Numbered from the stretch's first letter, positions 47,932 through 58,161 are shown. The stretch: 64,000 nucleotides of DNA from Candidatus Latescibacterota bacterium (GCA_965248435.1 OZ252100.1:3648001-3712000); one strand, 5' to 3'. Made by a program: numbers and translations. Notes: generated from the letters alone by a model not told the origin.

Positions 47932-50637
47932 GTGGCAGGTGTATGGGTCACGCGAGGATTTGAGGAATTCAGCAAGGGCCAGTGCGGAAATGCCGGCCAA
48001 AATCTGTATGTGTCGAGGGCGGGCATCCTGCAGCGCATCCACCAGTATGACTTCAACAAAGACGGATATGTGGACCTGGTTTTCTGTAACGCACAGGACC
48101 ATCAGGAACGGATCCCGGTCTATGTCTATCAGGATCCAGTAGGAAAATGCATACGGACCGACCTGCCTTCAGACGGGGCAGCGGGTGGCGTCGTTGCGGA
48201 TTTGAACGGCGATGGGTATGACGACCTCGTGCTGGGTATGAACTATGACGGGAGTAGCACGACGGATCTGAATGCGATCATCTACTCCGGTGGTGCCGAA
48301 GGATGGAGCGAGCGCCGGCTACGAAAGATCCCGGCGCCTTTTTGCACCGCTGTAGCCGTCGGTGATTTCAACGGCGACGGTCGGCCCGACCTGGCGTTTC
48401 TCTGCCACGGGAAGGTCCGGATTTTTTATCAGACCGAGCTGGGCTTCGAGTCTGCACGTTTTTCGGACCTGGAGATCGAAGGGACACAGCTCGGAGCAGA
48501 CGACCTGGACGGGGACGGCTTTGCCGAGCTGCTCATTCGTTCCAGGGAAGGGGACGTCAAAATCTATTGGGGCGGCCGGAACGGCATAGATGTGGAGGAG
48601 ATGACAAACGTTCCAGTCGAGGCTTCGCAGGCCGCAGGGCCAGAGGAGCCACTTTCCCCTGCTTTCGAGGAAGACGCCCGGGCCGCAGACGCAAAGCCAC
48701 TGGTGAAGGTCGTCCGACTGGATGGCGTCCCCTTTCTGTTTGTGGCTCGCGAAGAGGTGACATTACTGATACCGGTCGGGAGGGACCGGACCTTTGGAGC
48801 CGCGCTGGTGCTGAAGTGCGCTCAGGCCATGTCGATCGAAATCGGTGACGTGAATGGGGACGGACATTCCGATCTGGTCGTGGCCTGCCGTGAGCCCTGG
48901 GAGGAAGGCGAATGTTCCTGGGTCTACTGGGGGAACGAGGATGGATTCAGCGACGACCGTAGGACGCGCCTGGAGAGCTTGCGCGCGTGCGACGTGGCCG
49001 TCGGGGACCTGGATGGAGATGGCTGTGAGGAGGTGGTCCTCTGTCAGAACCAGACCCGGGAATCCTTCGCGAGCGAGTCACCGATCTACCGTGGATCTGG
49101 AGACCTCACTGTGACGGAAGTGGCTCGCCTGTCCAGCGAGGACGCCAGGCGGGTCTTTATCGCCCACCCGTCCCCCGATGCGACGCCTCATCTTGTTTTC
49201 GTGAACCATTACGGAGGAGGACGAAAGGGCAAGGTGAACGTCGGCATCTTTATGGGTGGAGCGGATGGGTTTTCGCCCGAGTTTCGTCAGGAGGTGCCTG
49301 GAAGGTGCGCCGTAGAGGCAATCTGTTGTGACTTCAACGATGACGGCTGGGTGGACCTTGCATTGGCCAACTGCTCGGAGATGTCACAGGATGAGGACCC
49401 GGGGTCGTCCATCTATCTGAATGGACCCGAGGGGCCCTCGAAAACCCCGAGTTGGTCGCTTGGGACGAAACGCGCCCACGGGGGCTGTTGCGCGGACCTG
49501 GATCGGGATGGGTACCTGGACCTGGTGTTCGGCGGGTTCAACAACTCCGAGATCTCCATCTTTAGGGGTTCTGCCAACGGGTTTGAACATCCCGAGCGCA
49601 TCCGACTGGAGCACGATGGGGTCGTTTATAACCATACACTCTGGCTCTACCTGGCGGATCTGAACAACGATGGCTGGCTCGATCTGGTGGTGCCTGAATA
49701 CGGGTTCGATCGAAGCTTCATCCTCTGGGGCGGCCCGAACGGGTTCAGCATGCGGAACGCACAGTCCCTTTCTGTCCTGAACGGCTCGTGTGTGCAGGCC
49801 GCGGACCTGACCGGCAACGGCACCCTGGACCTGATCATCGGAGGACACAAGGCTCCTCCAACCGGACCGCCGACCTCCTTTCTCCACATCTACTGGAACG
49901 GTCCGGAGGGCCTGCGCGAGGATAACCGGAGCCTGCTTCCGACGCAGGGGAGCCACGGCATGGCCGTGGCCGACTTTAACAACGACGGCCTCCTGGACAT
50001 CTTCGTCAGTTCCTACGACAACGGCAGGGGAAACCGGGACATCGATTCCTATATCTACTGGAACCGGCCCGATCGCGGATTTACCGCCGCAGACCGTACC
50101 CGATTGTTCACGAATTCGGCCGCGGGGTGTCTTGCCGCAGACTTCAACGAGGACGGCTGGATCGACCTGGCCGTCGCGAATCACAAGATCTACGGGCTCC
50201 ACGAGGGAAATTCGGCGGTCTGGTGGAACGGCCCCGATGGGTTCGACGAAAAGCATCAAACCCTCCTGCCCACGATGGGTCCACACGGCATGAGCACCGT
50301 GAATCCCGGGAATGTCGTGGATCGGGGACCGGAAGAGCACTACGTATCTCGCCCGTTCCAAATCCCTACGGGATCCAGGGTGCAGGATATTTCGTGGAAG
50401 GCTGAGATCCCTTCAAAGACCTGGGTGAAGGCACAGATTCGGTGTTCGGAGTGCGAAGAAGGATTGAATGAAGCAGACTGGTTCGGTCCAAACGGCCCGG
50501 AGAGCGGGTTCGAGAATCATCAAAAAATCCATAGTGATTCGTTCGACGGGGAGTGGATTCAGTATCGGCTGGCAATGGGTGCACGCAACAGCGGGAGTAC
50601 TCCGCGTGTCTCTGAGGTTGCCGTTCGGTATTCATAG
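47932..50637 (+). CDS. FG-GAP/VCBS repeat protein, copy 1
   Basis: Many DxNxDGxxDL Ca-binding repeats. GTG at 47932 matches the paralog start and the RBS spacing. No signal peptide. Confidence 0.85.
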   Translation: MAGVWVTRGFEEFSKGQCGNAGQNLYVSRAGILQRIHQYDFNKDGYVDLVFCNAQDHQERIPVYVYQDPVGKCIRTDLPSDGAAGGVVADLNGDGYDDLVLGMNYDGSSTTDLNAIIYSGGAEGWSERRLRKIPAPFCTAVAVGDFNGDGRPDLAFLCHGKVRIFYQTELGFESARFSDLEIEGTQLGADDLDGDGFAELLIRSREGDVKIYWGGRNGIDVEEMTNVPVEASQAAGPEEPLSPAFEEDARAADAKPLVKVVRLDGVPFLFVAREEVTLLIPVGRDRTFGAALVLKCAQAMSIEIGDVNGDGHSDLVVACREPWEEGECSWVYWGNEDGFSDDRRTRLESLRACDVAVGDLDGDGCEEVVLCQNQTRESFASESPIYRGSGDLTVTEVARLSSEDARRVFIAHPSPDATPHLVFVNHYGGGRKGKVNVGIFMGGADGFSPEFRQEVPGRCAVEAICCDFNDDGWVDLALANCSEMSQDEDPGSSIYLNGPEGPSKTPSWSLGTKRAHGGCCADLDRDGYLDLVFGGFNNSEISIFRGSANGFEHPERIRLEHDGVVYNHTLWLYLADLNNDGWLDLVVPEYGFDRSFILWGGPNGFSMRNAQSLSVLNGSCVQAADLTGNGTLDLIIGGHKAPPTGPPTSFLHIYWNGPEGLREDNRSLLPTQGSHGMAVADFNNDGLLDIFVSSYDNGRGNRDIDSYIYWNRPDRGFTAADRTRLFTNSAAGCLAADFNEDGWIDLAVANHKIYGLHEGNSAVWWNGPDGFDEKHQTLLPTMGPHGMSTVNPGNVVDRGPEEHYVSRPFQIPTGSRVQDISWKAEIPSKTWVKAQIRCSECEEGLNEADWFGPNGPESGFENHQKIHSDSFDGEWIQYRLAMGARNSGSTPRVSEVAVRYS

Positions 50638-50641
50638 GCCA

Positions 50642-50670
50642 GTAGAGACGCCCCGGTGGGGCGTCTCTAC
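50642..50670. repeat. REP family C copy 4
   Basis: GTAGAGACGCCCC-GGT-GGGGCGTCTCTAC. Confidence 0.88.
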
Positions 50671-50700
50671 AATAATATTGGCTAATCAAAGGAGGCCGAT

Positions 50701-53424
50701 TTGGCAGGAGGTGTTTGGGTCACGCGAGGACATGAGGCGTTCAGCAAAGGCACGTGCGGGAACGCCGGTCAGAATCTGTATGTGTCGAAGGCCGGCGTCC
50801 TTCAGCGCATCCACCAGCTGGATTTCAATCGCGATGGGTACCTGGATCTGGTCTTTTGCAACTCGCAGGACCACCGCGAGCGGATTCCCTCCTATGTCTA
50901 CCGGGATCCGCTCGGTGAGGCCACTCGCAGCGAGCTTCCTGGCGACGGGACGATGGCGGCCGTGGTGACCGACCTCAACGAGGACGGCTTCGACGACCTT
51001 GTCCTGGGGATGGTGTATGACGGGAGCACGACGACCGACCTGAACGCGATCATCTATTACGGCGGCCCCGGAGGGTGGAGCGAGCGCAGACTGCAAAAGA
51101 TTCCTGCCCCGTTCTGTACCGCCGTCGCCGCGGGGGACTTCAACGGAAACGGCAAGCCGGACCTGGCCTTCCTCTGTCACGGCAAACTCAGGCTGTTCTA
51201 CCAGACGGAGCTCGGATTCGAACCCCGGCGGTTCGTGGAGCTGGAGATCGAAGGGCAACGACTGGATGCCGGCGACCTGGACGGAGACGGGACGGCCGAG
51301 CTGGTCGTGAGAAACAAGGAGGGGGAGGTCGACGTCTACTGGGGCGGCGAGGAGGGGATTGCGACGAATCGCGTGAGTCGGGTTCCCGTGACCTCTCTGG
51401 AGACTGAGGAGGAGGAACATGCGCCAGCGTCATTCGAGGAAGATGCCAGGGCCGCCGATGCGGGGCCGCTGATCAAGGTGATCACGTTGAATGACGCACC
51501 CCACATTTTTGTTCCAGAGGCGCGATTCGCATCGCTCGTACCGGTGCGGGAGGATCGAGGTTTCGGAGAGGCGATCGTTCTCGGGTGCGCGAGCGCGATG
51601 TCGATCGACGTTGGAGACGTGAACGGCAACGGCCAGTCCGATCTGGTCGTTGCCTGCCGCGAGCCGTTCGAAGCGGAGGAGTGTTCGTGGGTCTACTGGG
51701 GGAATGAGGACGGGTACGACGAAGATCGGCGCACGCGTCTCGCCTGTTTCCGGGCGTGCGACGTGGCGGTGGGTGACCTGGACGGAGACGGCCTGGACGA
51801 CATTGTGCTCTGCCAGAACCAGACGGTGGACGATTTCACGCGCGAGTCTTTGATTTACCGCGGGAGTCGGGACGAAAGACTGGAGGACCCGACCTCAATT
51901 CTCGCCCACGATCCCCGCCGCGTTTTCATTCCCAACGCCTCGGATGACCCGACTCCTCACGTCGTGTTCGTGAACCACTTTGCGGGCGGGCGAAACGGGG
52001 ACGTGAACGTCTATATCTACCACGGGGGACCGGACGGCTTCTCACCCGATCGGCGCCAGGAGCTCCCGGGCTGGTCGGCTGTTGAGGCGATCGGTGCAGA
52101 TCTGAATGATGACGGGTGGCCTGACCTGCTGTTGGCCAACTGTTCGGAAATGACTTCGCACAGGAGAAACATAGACCCGGGGTCTTTCGTCTACCTGAAC
52201 GGTCCCGGGGGCTTCCCCGATCGGCCGACGCAGACGCTTCCGACCGTGCGTGCGCACGGGGCGTGCTGCGCGGACCTGAATCGAGATGGTTATCTGGATG
52301 TGGTGTTCGGAGGCTTCCACAACCCCGACCTGCTGATCTATTACGGATCGGCAAACGGGTTCGATCCCAAAGCGTGTGATCGGATCCGGCTCGAGCACGA
52401 CGGCGTTGTCTACGATGAGTGCCGGTGGATCTGTCTGGCCGATCTGAACAACAACGGGTGGCTGGATCTCGTCGTGCCGCAGATCTTTCACGATCGGAGT
52501 CTTATCCTGTGGGGAGGACCCGAGGGGTTCAGCATGGAACGCGTGCAGCCTCTTTCGGTACTGAGGGCCTCGACAGTGCAGGCGGCCGATCTGACCGGGA
52601 ATGGATACCTGGACCTGGTGATCGGGAGCTTCAAGAACGAACCGACGGGACCTCCTGTCTCCTTCGTCCACATCTACTGGAACGGACCCGAGGGGATTCG
52701 TGAGTTCGATCACACGCAGCTCCAGGCGAACGCCTCCAATTGCATATCGATCGCGGACTTCAACAACGACGGCACGCTGGATATCTTTACCGGCTCCTAC
52801 GACGACGGGCGAGGAGAGCGAGACATCGATTCCTACATTTACTGGAACCGGCCCGGGAAGGGGTTCAGCCAGGCCGACCGGACACGGCTGTTCACGCACT
52901 CTGCCTGTGGCTGCCTGGCGGCTGATTTTAACGAAGATGGATGGGTGGACCTGGCGGTCGCAAATCACAAGATCTGGGGGGACCACCTCGGCCACTCTGC
53001 GGTCTGGTGGAACGGACCGGACGGGTTCGACGAAAAACGGCAAACGCTGCTGCCCACGGTCGGTCCTCACGGAATTCGGGCCGTGGATCCCGGTAACATC
53101 ATGGATCGGGGACCGGACGAGTACTACGTTTCGGAGGCATTCAAGCTTCCGGAGGGCTGTGCAGTTACGGAGGTGTCGTGGGAGGCCGAGCTGCCACCCA
53201 AAACCTGGGTGAAGGCCCAGCTGCGGTTCGCGGATTCGGAGGCAGGGTTGGCGCTTGCGGAATGGACGGGACCTGAGGTGTCGGATAGCTGGTTCGAGAA
53301 TGCGCAGAAGGTCGACGCAGCCAGGTTTCGCGGAAAATGGGTCCAGCATAGACTGGCTCTGGGTGCCGTGAACGGAGGCGGCACACCGAGGGTCTCAGAG
53401 GTCTCGATAACCTATTCCGGATGA
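50701..53424 (+). CDS. FG-GAP/VCBS repeat protein, copy 2
   Basis: Collinear paralog. TTG start after AAGGAGG. Confidence 0.85.
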   Translation: MAGGVWVTRGHEAFSKGTCGNAGQNLYVSKAGVLQRIHQLDFNRDGYLDLVFCNSQDHRERIPSYVYRDPLGEATRSELPGDGTMAAVVTDLNEDGFDDLVLGMVYDGSTTTDLNAIIYYGGPGGWSERRLQKIPAPFCTAVAAGDFNGNGKPDLAFLCHGKLRLFYQTELGFEPRRFVELEIEGQRLDAGDLDGDGTAELVVRNKEGEVDVYWGGEEGIATNRVSRVPVTSLETEEEEHAPASFEEDARAADAGPLIKVITLNDAPHIFVPEARFASLVPVREDRGFGEAIVLGCASAMSIDVGDVNGNGQSDLVVACREPFEAEECSWVYWGNEDGYDEDRRTRLACFRACDVAVGDLDGDGLDDIVLCQNQTVDDFTRESLIYRGSRDERLEDPTSILAHDPRRVFIPNASDDPTPHVVFVNHFAGGRNGDVNVYIYHGGPDGFSPDRRQELPGWSAVEAIGADLNDDGWPDLLLANCSEMTSHRRNIDPGSFVYLNGPGGFPDRPTQTLPTVRAHGACCADLNRDGYLDVVFGGFHNPDLLIYYGSANGFDPKACDRIRLEHDGVVYDECRWICLADLNNNGWLDLVVPQIFHDRSLILWGGPEGFSMERVQPLSVLRASTVQAADLTGNGYLDLVIGSFKNEPTGPPVSFVHIYWNGPEGIREFDHTQLQANASNCISIADFNNDGTLDIFTGSYDDGRGERDIDSYIYWNRPGKGFSQADRTRLFTHSACGCLAADFNEDGWVDLAVANHKIWGDHLGHSAVWWNGPDGFDEKRQTLLPTVGPHGIRAVDPGNIMDRGPDEYYVSEAFKLPEGCAVTEVSWEAELPPKTWVKAQLRFADSEAGLALAEWTGPEVSDSWFENAQKVDAARFRGKWVQHRLALGAVNGGGTPRVSEVSITYSG

Positions 53425-53435
53425 CGGGGAGGCGC

Positions 53436-54611
53436 TCAGGTCTCCTCGAGGATCTTCGCCATAATCTCCGGATGCGGGACACCCGCTGTCCGTAACTCGT
53501 CGTAGGCGCGACGGTGCTTCCAGTCCTGCCGCTGGTGCGATCGAATGTCGTATTCCTCCGCATACCGCACAGGCAGCTTCCCTTCATCGAGCATCATCGA
53601 CATCGGGTAATCCTCCACCGCCAGCGGCATCCGGACAACCTCGTGATCTCGCGCCGACTGGTAGATCGCCATCATGATCTCCATAGTCTGACGCGCTTGA
53701 AGGCCGTCGCAGCGGTAGTCGGTCTCTCCGTCGAGCCAGGCCTTGAGCCCCAATGCCTGAGCGACCCAGACCTCCTTGCCCTCCAGTCCGGCCTCCCTGG
53801 CCGAAGCCAGGATCTCGTTGCTCCAGGGCATATGACGAGTCTCCGGGGTAACCGTGTCGTTGTTTATCATCTGAACTTCATTTGGACCTGCGGTCAGCAT
53901 CCCCTCTGTCCCCTGCACAGTCAGTCGTTCAACGTCCCTTCTCGACGTGAGATCCACCTGGAGGAGGCCCTGGGTCCCGCCCGCGAACTGCATCAACCCC
54001 AAGCAGCAGTCCTCGATCGGGACGGATCGCTCCCATCGGTTCGTCTTGCGCTCGAGCGCGCCCATCACCCATTCGGTCGTCGGATCCCCGAGCAGGTAGC
54101 GCGTCGCGTCGATCACGTGACTGCCGCAGTTGAGCAAACCGTCCCACACCTCACAGGTCGCGAGCACGGGGCGACCGATCGCCCCTTCGCTGATCAGCCG
54201 GCGCGCCTCCGTCCAACCCGGATAAAACCGACGCTGATGCGCGATCGCGAGCTTTGTACCGTCTTTTGAACAAACGTCGAGCATCTGGTCCGCCTCGGAC
54301 AGACGGTCAGCCATCGGTTTTTCACACAGCACTGCCTTGACACCGTGCTCCGTCGCCAGGACCGTCTGAGGGGCGTGCAGGAGATGCCAGGTGCAGATGC
54401 TGACGACATCCAACGACTCCTTCTGGAGCATTTCTTCTGCGTCCAAATACATTGCCGGCACGGAGAATGTCTTCTTGAATTCCTGTGAGATTTCTTCCCG
54501 GACCTCAGCAGCTGCCACAATCTCCATCCCCGGCACGCTCAGATAGCCGTTTGCGTGATGCTTAGCGATGACGCCGCATCCGATGATGCCCACTCGATAC
54601 CTGCTCGACAT
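53436..54611 (-). CDS. Gfo/Idh/MocA family oxidoreductase
   Basis: IIGCGVIA, LCEKPMA, HQRRF, GSHVID. Confidence 0.92.
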   Translation of the reverse strand: MSSRYRVGIIGCGVIAKHHANGYLSVPGMEIVAAAEVREEISQEFKKTFSVPAMYLDAEEMLQKESLDVVSICTWHLLHAPQTVLATEHGVKAVLCEKPMADRLSEADQMLDVCSKDGTKLAIAHQRRFYPGWTEARRLISEGAIGRPVLATCEVWDGLLNCGSHVIDATRYLLGDPTTEWVMGALERKTNRWERSVPIEDCCLGLMQFAGGTQGLLQVDLTSRRDVERLTVQGTEGMLTAGPNEVQMINNDTVTPETRHMPWSNEILASAREAGLEGKEVWVAQALGLKAWLDGETDYRCDGLQARQTMEIMMAIYQSARDHEVVRMPLAVEDYPMSMMLDEGKLPVRYAEEYDIRSHQRQDWKHRRAYDELRTAGVPHPEIMAKILEET

Positions 54612-54759
54612 TCAGTCACCCTCCTTGATGGACCTCGGAGCACGGGGGGAGTAGACGCTCGAGGCCTCCTGGCTTCGATCCTGTTTTACATAATATGGAC
54701 GCCCGTTGGATGGCGCGCACGGAAAAAATAGGCCCTGCAGCAGCATCCGGATATAGCGC

Positions 54760-54788
54760 TTGACAGCCTCCGAATGGGCGACCATGTT
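54760..54788 (+). promoter_or_regulatory. Candidate sigma70 promoter for the dipeptidase
   Basis: TTGACA (54760-54765), 17-nt spacer, then CATGTT (weak -10), in a divergent intergenic region. Confidence 0.3.
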
Positions 54789-54828
54789 TGTCGCCGGTAT
54801 GTCCATCCAATCCGGCGCTTGCGACGTC

Positions 54829-55791
54829 ATGACAACCAACCAACAGAGGATTCACCGAGAGGCCATAGTGGTGGTGGCCCACGATCACCGCCCGATCGGA
54901 CCGGACCTGACGCTGATGCGGGCGGGCGGTGTGGATGCGAAGGTCTACCAGGTTGCACTGGATGTGGACCCCGAGCAGGGCAGGGAAGGCTCGCGGAATC
55001 TGGCAGAGGGGTGGTTGAATCGGGCGACGCAGGGGATGGAAACGGCTCTGCGCGACATCGAGGCCCACGCGGAACAGTGTATTCTGGCGAAGAATGTCGA
55101 GGATATCGAGCGCGCCAAAGAAGCGGGGCGGATTGCCATCCTTCTGGGTATTGAAGGAGCGCGCTGGCTGGAGGGTAGCCTAGAGCCGCTGCACTCTTTT
55201 TATGATCTGGGCCTCCGAGAACTTCAGCTGAAATGGTCCTTCCAAAATCAGTTGGTGCCCCAGCAACACCTGAGCGATTTCGGCCGGGAGGTGGTGTCCG
55301 AATGCGAGCGGCTCGGGATCTTGGTGGACCTGACCCATCTCCCGCCGGAAGCCTTCTACGACGTTATCGAGGTCGCGCGGAATCCGGTGATCGTCTCTCA
55401 CGGGTCGGCGAAGGCGTTGACGGCGGACCTGGACGACGATCGGATTCGGGCACTGGCTTCGACGGGTGGGGTGCTGGGGATTCATTTCTACACGACCTAT
55501 CTGGGCGCGTCGCCCGGTCCCGAAGACATGGTGAAGCAGGTTGCTTATGTCTCCGAGCTTGTCGGGATCGATCATGTCGCCCTCGGGGTGGACTTCTTTC
55601 CGACGGAGGGCGCCTGGCGGAAGCTACAGGAGGAATGCGGTACGACGGAGCTGGAGTGGGCGGTCGAGGATATGCGCGGGATGCCGGAGATCACCCACCA
55701 CCTGATCGATCACGGGTTTTCGGAAGCGGAAGTGCGCAAGGTACTTGGACTAAACTTTCTTCGGGTCTGCAGGAAAGTTTTCGACACATAG
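54829..55791 (+). CDS. Membrane dipeptidase family (peptidase M19)
   Basis: LGIEGA, LGLRELQL, LSDFGREVV..ERLGILVDLTH, VSHG, GIDHVALGVDF, LGLNFLRV. Confidence 0.9.
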   Translation: MTTNQQRIHREAIVVVAHDHRPIGPDLTLMRAGGVDAKVYQVALDVDPEQGREGSRNLAEGWLNRATQGMETALRDIEAHAEQCILAKNVEDIERAKEAGRIAILLGIEGARWLEGSLEPLHSFYDLGLRELQLKWSFQNQLVPQQHLSDFGREVVSECERLGILVDLTHLPPEAFYDVIEVARNPVIVSHGSAKALTADLDDDRIRALASTGGVLGIHFYTTYLGASPGPEDMVKQVAYVSELVGIDHVALGVDFFPTEGAWRKLQEECGTTELEWAVEDMRGMPEITHHLIDHGFSEAEVRKVLGLNFLRVCRKVFDT

Positions 55792-55803
55792 AGGTTCAGA
55801 CAG

Positions 55804-56739
55804 ATGATGATCGACAGCCACATCCACGTTTTTAACCGCAGCGTGGGCGGCGCGGAGGAGAACTTTCCGCTATGGCCAAAGTCGCGCTGGGGCGCTGGCG
55901 AGGAAGATCTGCTGAGACAGATGGACGAGGCCGGGATCGACAAGGCCTTTCTGATCAGTTACACCCCTGTGGACGTGATGGCCCATTATGCGCCTGAAAA
56001 GCGGGACCACATGCTGGCGGTATTTCAGCACTACCTCTCGAAGGACCACGCCATCCGCGTCTGGTCGGAGCATCGGGATCGGTTTTTCTGGTTTTCCGAT
56101 TCGATCGATCCTCGCGTGCCGGGGTATGTTGAGCGAGCCGAGCAGGACCTGGACCGGGGCGCGAGCGGCCTGAAGCTGCTGCCTCTTTTCGTGCACACGG
56201 AGATGGGCGACCCTCGCTGGCGCCCGATCTTCGAGCTGCTTCAGAGAAAAAACAAACCGTGTATCATCGATCTGTCCTGGTGGTATACCAATCGGCCGTG
56301 GTTTTCACCGAGTACGAACGAAAAATACGACTCCTATACAGACTATGTTCATGGGCTCGGCGAGCTGGCCGCGGACTTTCGTGACGTTAAGGTCCAGCTT
56401 GCCCATTTCGGTACGCCCAAGGGGAGGGGTGAGGACGAATCCGCCATGGACGAAGTCATCGGTTTCGTCCAGGCCCACCCCAATCTCTCTTGCGACCTGG
56501 CTGCCTACCAGCAGTCGATCCCGGAGGGTGAGCCGTATCCGTATTGGACCGCTTTGAGGGTCGTGGAGAAACTGGTGGAGGGATTGGGGGCCGAGCGGAT
56601 CTGCTGGGGGACGGACTGGCCCTACCTGGGTGTGCAGCCATACGGGGAGATCGTTCGAGCCATTCGGGAAGCCCCGTTTTTGGACGCGAAACAGGTAGAG
56701 AAGATTCTGGGGTTGAATGCGTTGCAGTTTGTTACGTGA
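55804..56739 (+). CDS. Amidohydrolase family protein (Amidohydro_2)
   Basis: IDSHIH, MDEAGID, GLKL, LAHFG, WGTDWP. Confidence 0.9.
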   Translation: MMIDSHIHVFNRSVGGAEENFPLWPKSRWGAGEEDLLRQMDEAGIDKAFLISYTPVDVMAHYAPEKRDHMLAVFQHYLSKDHAIRVWSEHRDRFFWFSDSIDPRVPGYVERAEQDLDRGASGLKLLPLFVHTEMGDPRWRPIFELLQRKNKPCIIDLSWWYTNRPWFSPSTNEKYDSYTDYVHGLGELAADFRDVKVQLAHFGTPKGRGEDESAMDEVIGFVQAHPNLSCDLAAYQQSIPEGEPYPYWTALRVVEKLVEGLGAERICWGTDWPYLGVQPYGEIVRAIREAPFLDAKQVEKILGLNALQFVT

Positions 56740-56755
56740 TGCCCTTCGAGATGGA

Positions 56756-56781
56756 AAATCCCCCCTGCCCCCCTTTACAAA
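56756..56781. repeat. Family B repeat, left part (ISL3 target hairpin)
   Basis: AAATCCCCCCTGCCCCCC-TTTACAAA. Continues as GGGGGG beyond the IS. Confidence 0.8.
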
Positions 56782-58103
56782 GGTTCATCACCGATTTCCG
56801 GGGAAGGCGTGGCGGATTCTAAGAAAGAAATAATTATCATCCCTGAAGCCATATGCCATCCGCTTGATGACCTTGATTTTGTTGTTAATTCCCTCAATCA
56901 GGCTTGTCCCGATGGGATAGTCACAGTGAGCTAGGATTCCTGGCATATACGTCTTCAGATTGCGTGCGAATTTCTTGAGTGGCTCGATCTTGCTGTAGAT
57001 GGCGCGTCGATACCACTGATTCCAGAATCTGTTGGCCGCAGCTCTGGATCGATAAGACCAGAGATGATTGAGATCCTCTTTGAGGAGGTATACCGTGTAG
57101 AGGCGTTTGTTTGCAGAAAGCAATTCTCTTAGCGACACTCTGTCTTCTTTGCTCGTGACATTTGCTTTGCTGCGCAGGAGCAACCACCGTTGGTTCTGAG
57201 TCACTTTGCGATCGGGTCGGCCACCGCGCACCCGACCCAGTTCGTCGATGCGTACTCGCTCGACGACGTCGCGGTTGTACTTGGCTTTAACGTGATACAG
57301 GTCATAGATGATGTCCACATCCGGACAATGGGATCGCACCTCCTCTTCGTAGGCACCGTTCATGTCCATCGCCACGGCCTCAAGTTGCTTGCAGCCTTCT
57401 TCTCCAAGGAGGTGGAAAAACGGGCGGATGTCCTCTCGACTTCGGCCGCGACCCACCCATAGGACACGCTTGGTCTCCATGTCAACAATCACTGTGGCGT
57501 AGCGATGGCCCTTTTGGATCGCAAATTCGTCCATGCCGATCACCGTGACCCTGGCAAAATCCGGCGGTTCCAGCTCTTGCTGGAGATGGGTCTTGTGAAT
57601 GCGCTTCACGGTATTCCAGCTCATCCCATAGTGCTGTGCCACGTGCTGGATGGGCAGGACTTCGCACAATCGAACAACACTTTCAGCCAGGCGTTGAGTG
57701 ACCCGTGAATACCGATCCAGCCAGTCAATCTGCTCCGTCCGGCAGCCACATCGGGGACATAGGACGCGCCGGGAGTGCACGATCAGCCTGGTTCGAGACC
57801 CCCAGATCGGCAAATCCTGAGCAAATCGCACTGCCCAATCATGAACCCGGTACGCCTTCTTCCCGCAACCACCACACCGAGGAAGGCGGCCTGTCTTGGG
57901 ACGTAACTCGACTCCAACAACGTCTGCTTCCTGACGTTGAATGCCAACTACCACAAACCCTTGCCACCTACCCAGTAAGGATATACTTTGCACCTGAGAC
58001 AACGCGCTCTCCTTTCTACCTTCAGGTTTATAGAGGATACTCTGAAGATAGGTCGGATGCCGTTGTCTCGTCTATTTTCTACCCCAACATTTGACGAAGA
58101 ACC
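56782..58103 (-). mobile_element. ISL3 family insertion sequence, 1322 bp
   Basis: Imperfect IRs GGTTCATCACCGATTTCCGGGGAAG and GGTTCTTCGTCAAATGTTGGGGTAG. 8-bp direct repeat TTTACAAA at 56774-56781 and 58104-58111. Confidence 0.93.
56788..58002 (-). CDS. ISL3 family transposase
   Basis: Zn finger CGGC...CPRC, GMDEFA..KGHRYAT, AMDM, DLYHV, EGINNKIKVIKRMAYGFR. TTG start. The stop codon lies in the IR. Confidence 0.96.
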   Translation of the reverse strand: MSQVQSISLLGRWQGFVVVGIQRQEADVVGVELRPKTGRLPRCGGCGKKAYRVHDWAVRFAQDLPIWGSRTRLIVHSRRVLCPRCGCRTEQIDWLDRYSRVTQRLAESVVRLCEVLPIQHVAQHYGMSWNTVKRIHKTHLQQELEPPDFARVTVIGMDEFAIQKGHRYATVIVDMETKRVLWVGRGRSREDIRPFFHLLGEEGCKQLEAVAMDMNGAYEEEVRSHCPDVDIIYDLYHVKAKYNRDVVERVRIDELGRVRGGRPDRKVTQNQRWLLLRSKANVTSKEDRVSLRELLSANKRLYTVYLLKEDLNHLWSYRSRAAANRFWNQWYRRAIYSKIEPLKKFARNLKTYMPGILAHCDYPIGTSLIEGINNKIKVIKRMAYGFRDDNYFFLRIRHAFPGNR

Positions 58104-58161
58104 TTTACAAAGGGGGGAGAGTGCTCTTGCTGAAAGAGTACCCATCAAGGAATGGATGCTT

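Noticed and set aside
4628-50670. CRISPR array
   Set aside because: The palindromic repeats are dispersed singly or in small clusters between genes. There is no regular repeat-spacer periodicity and no cas genes.
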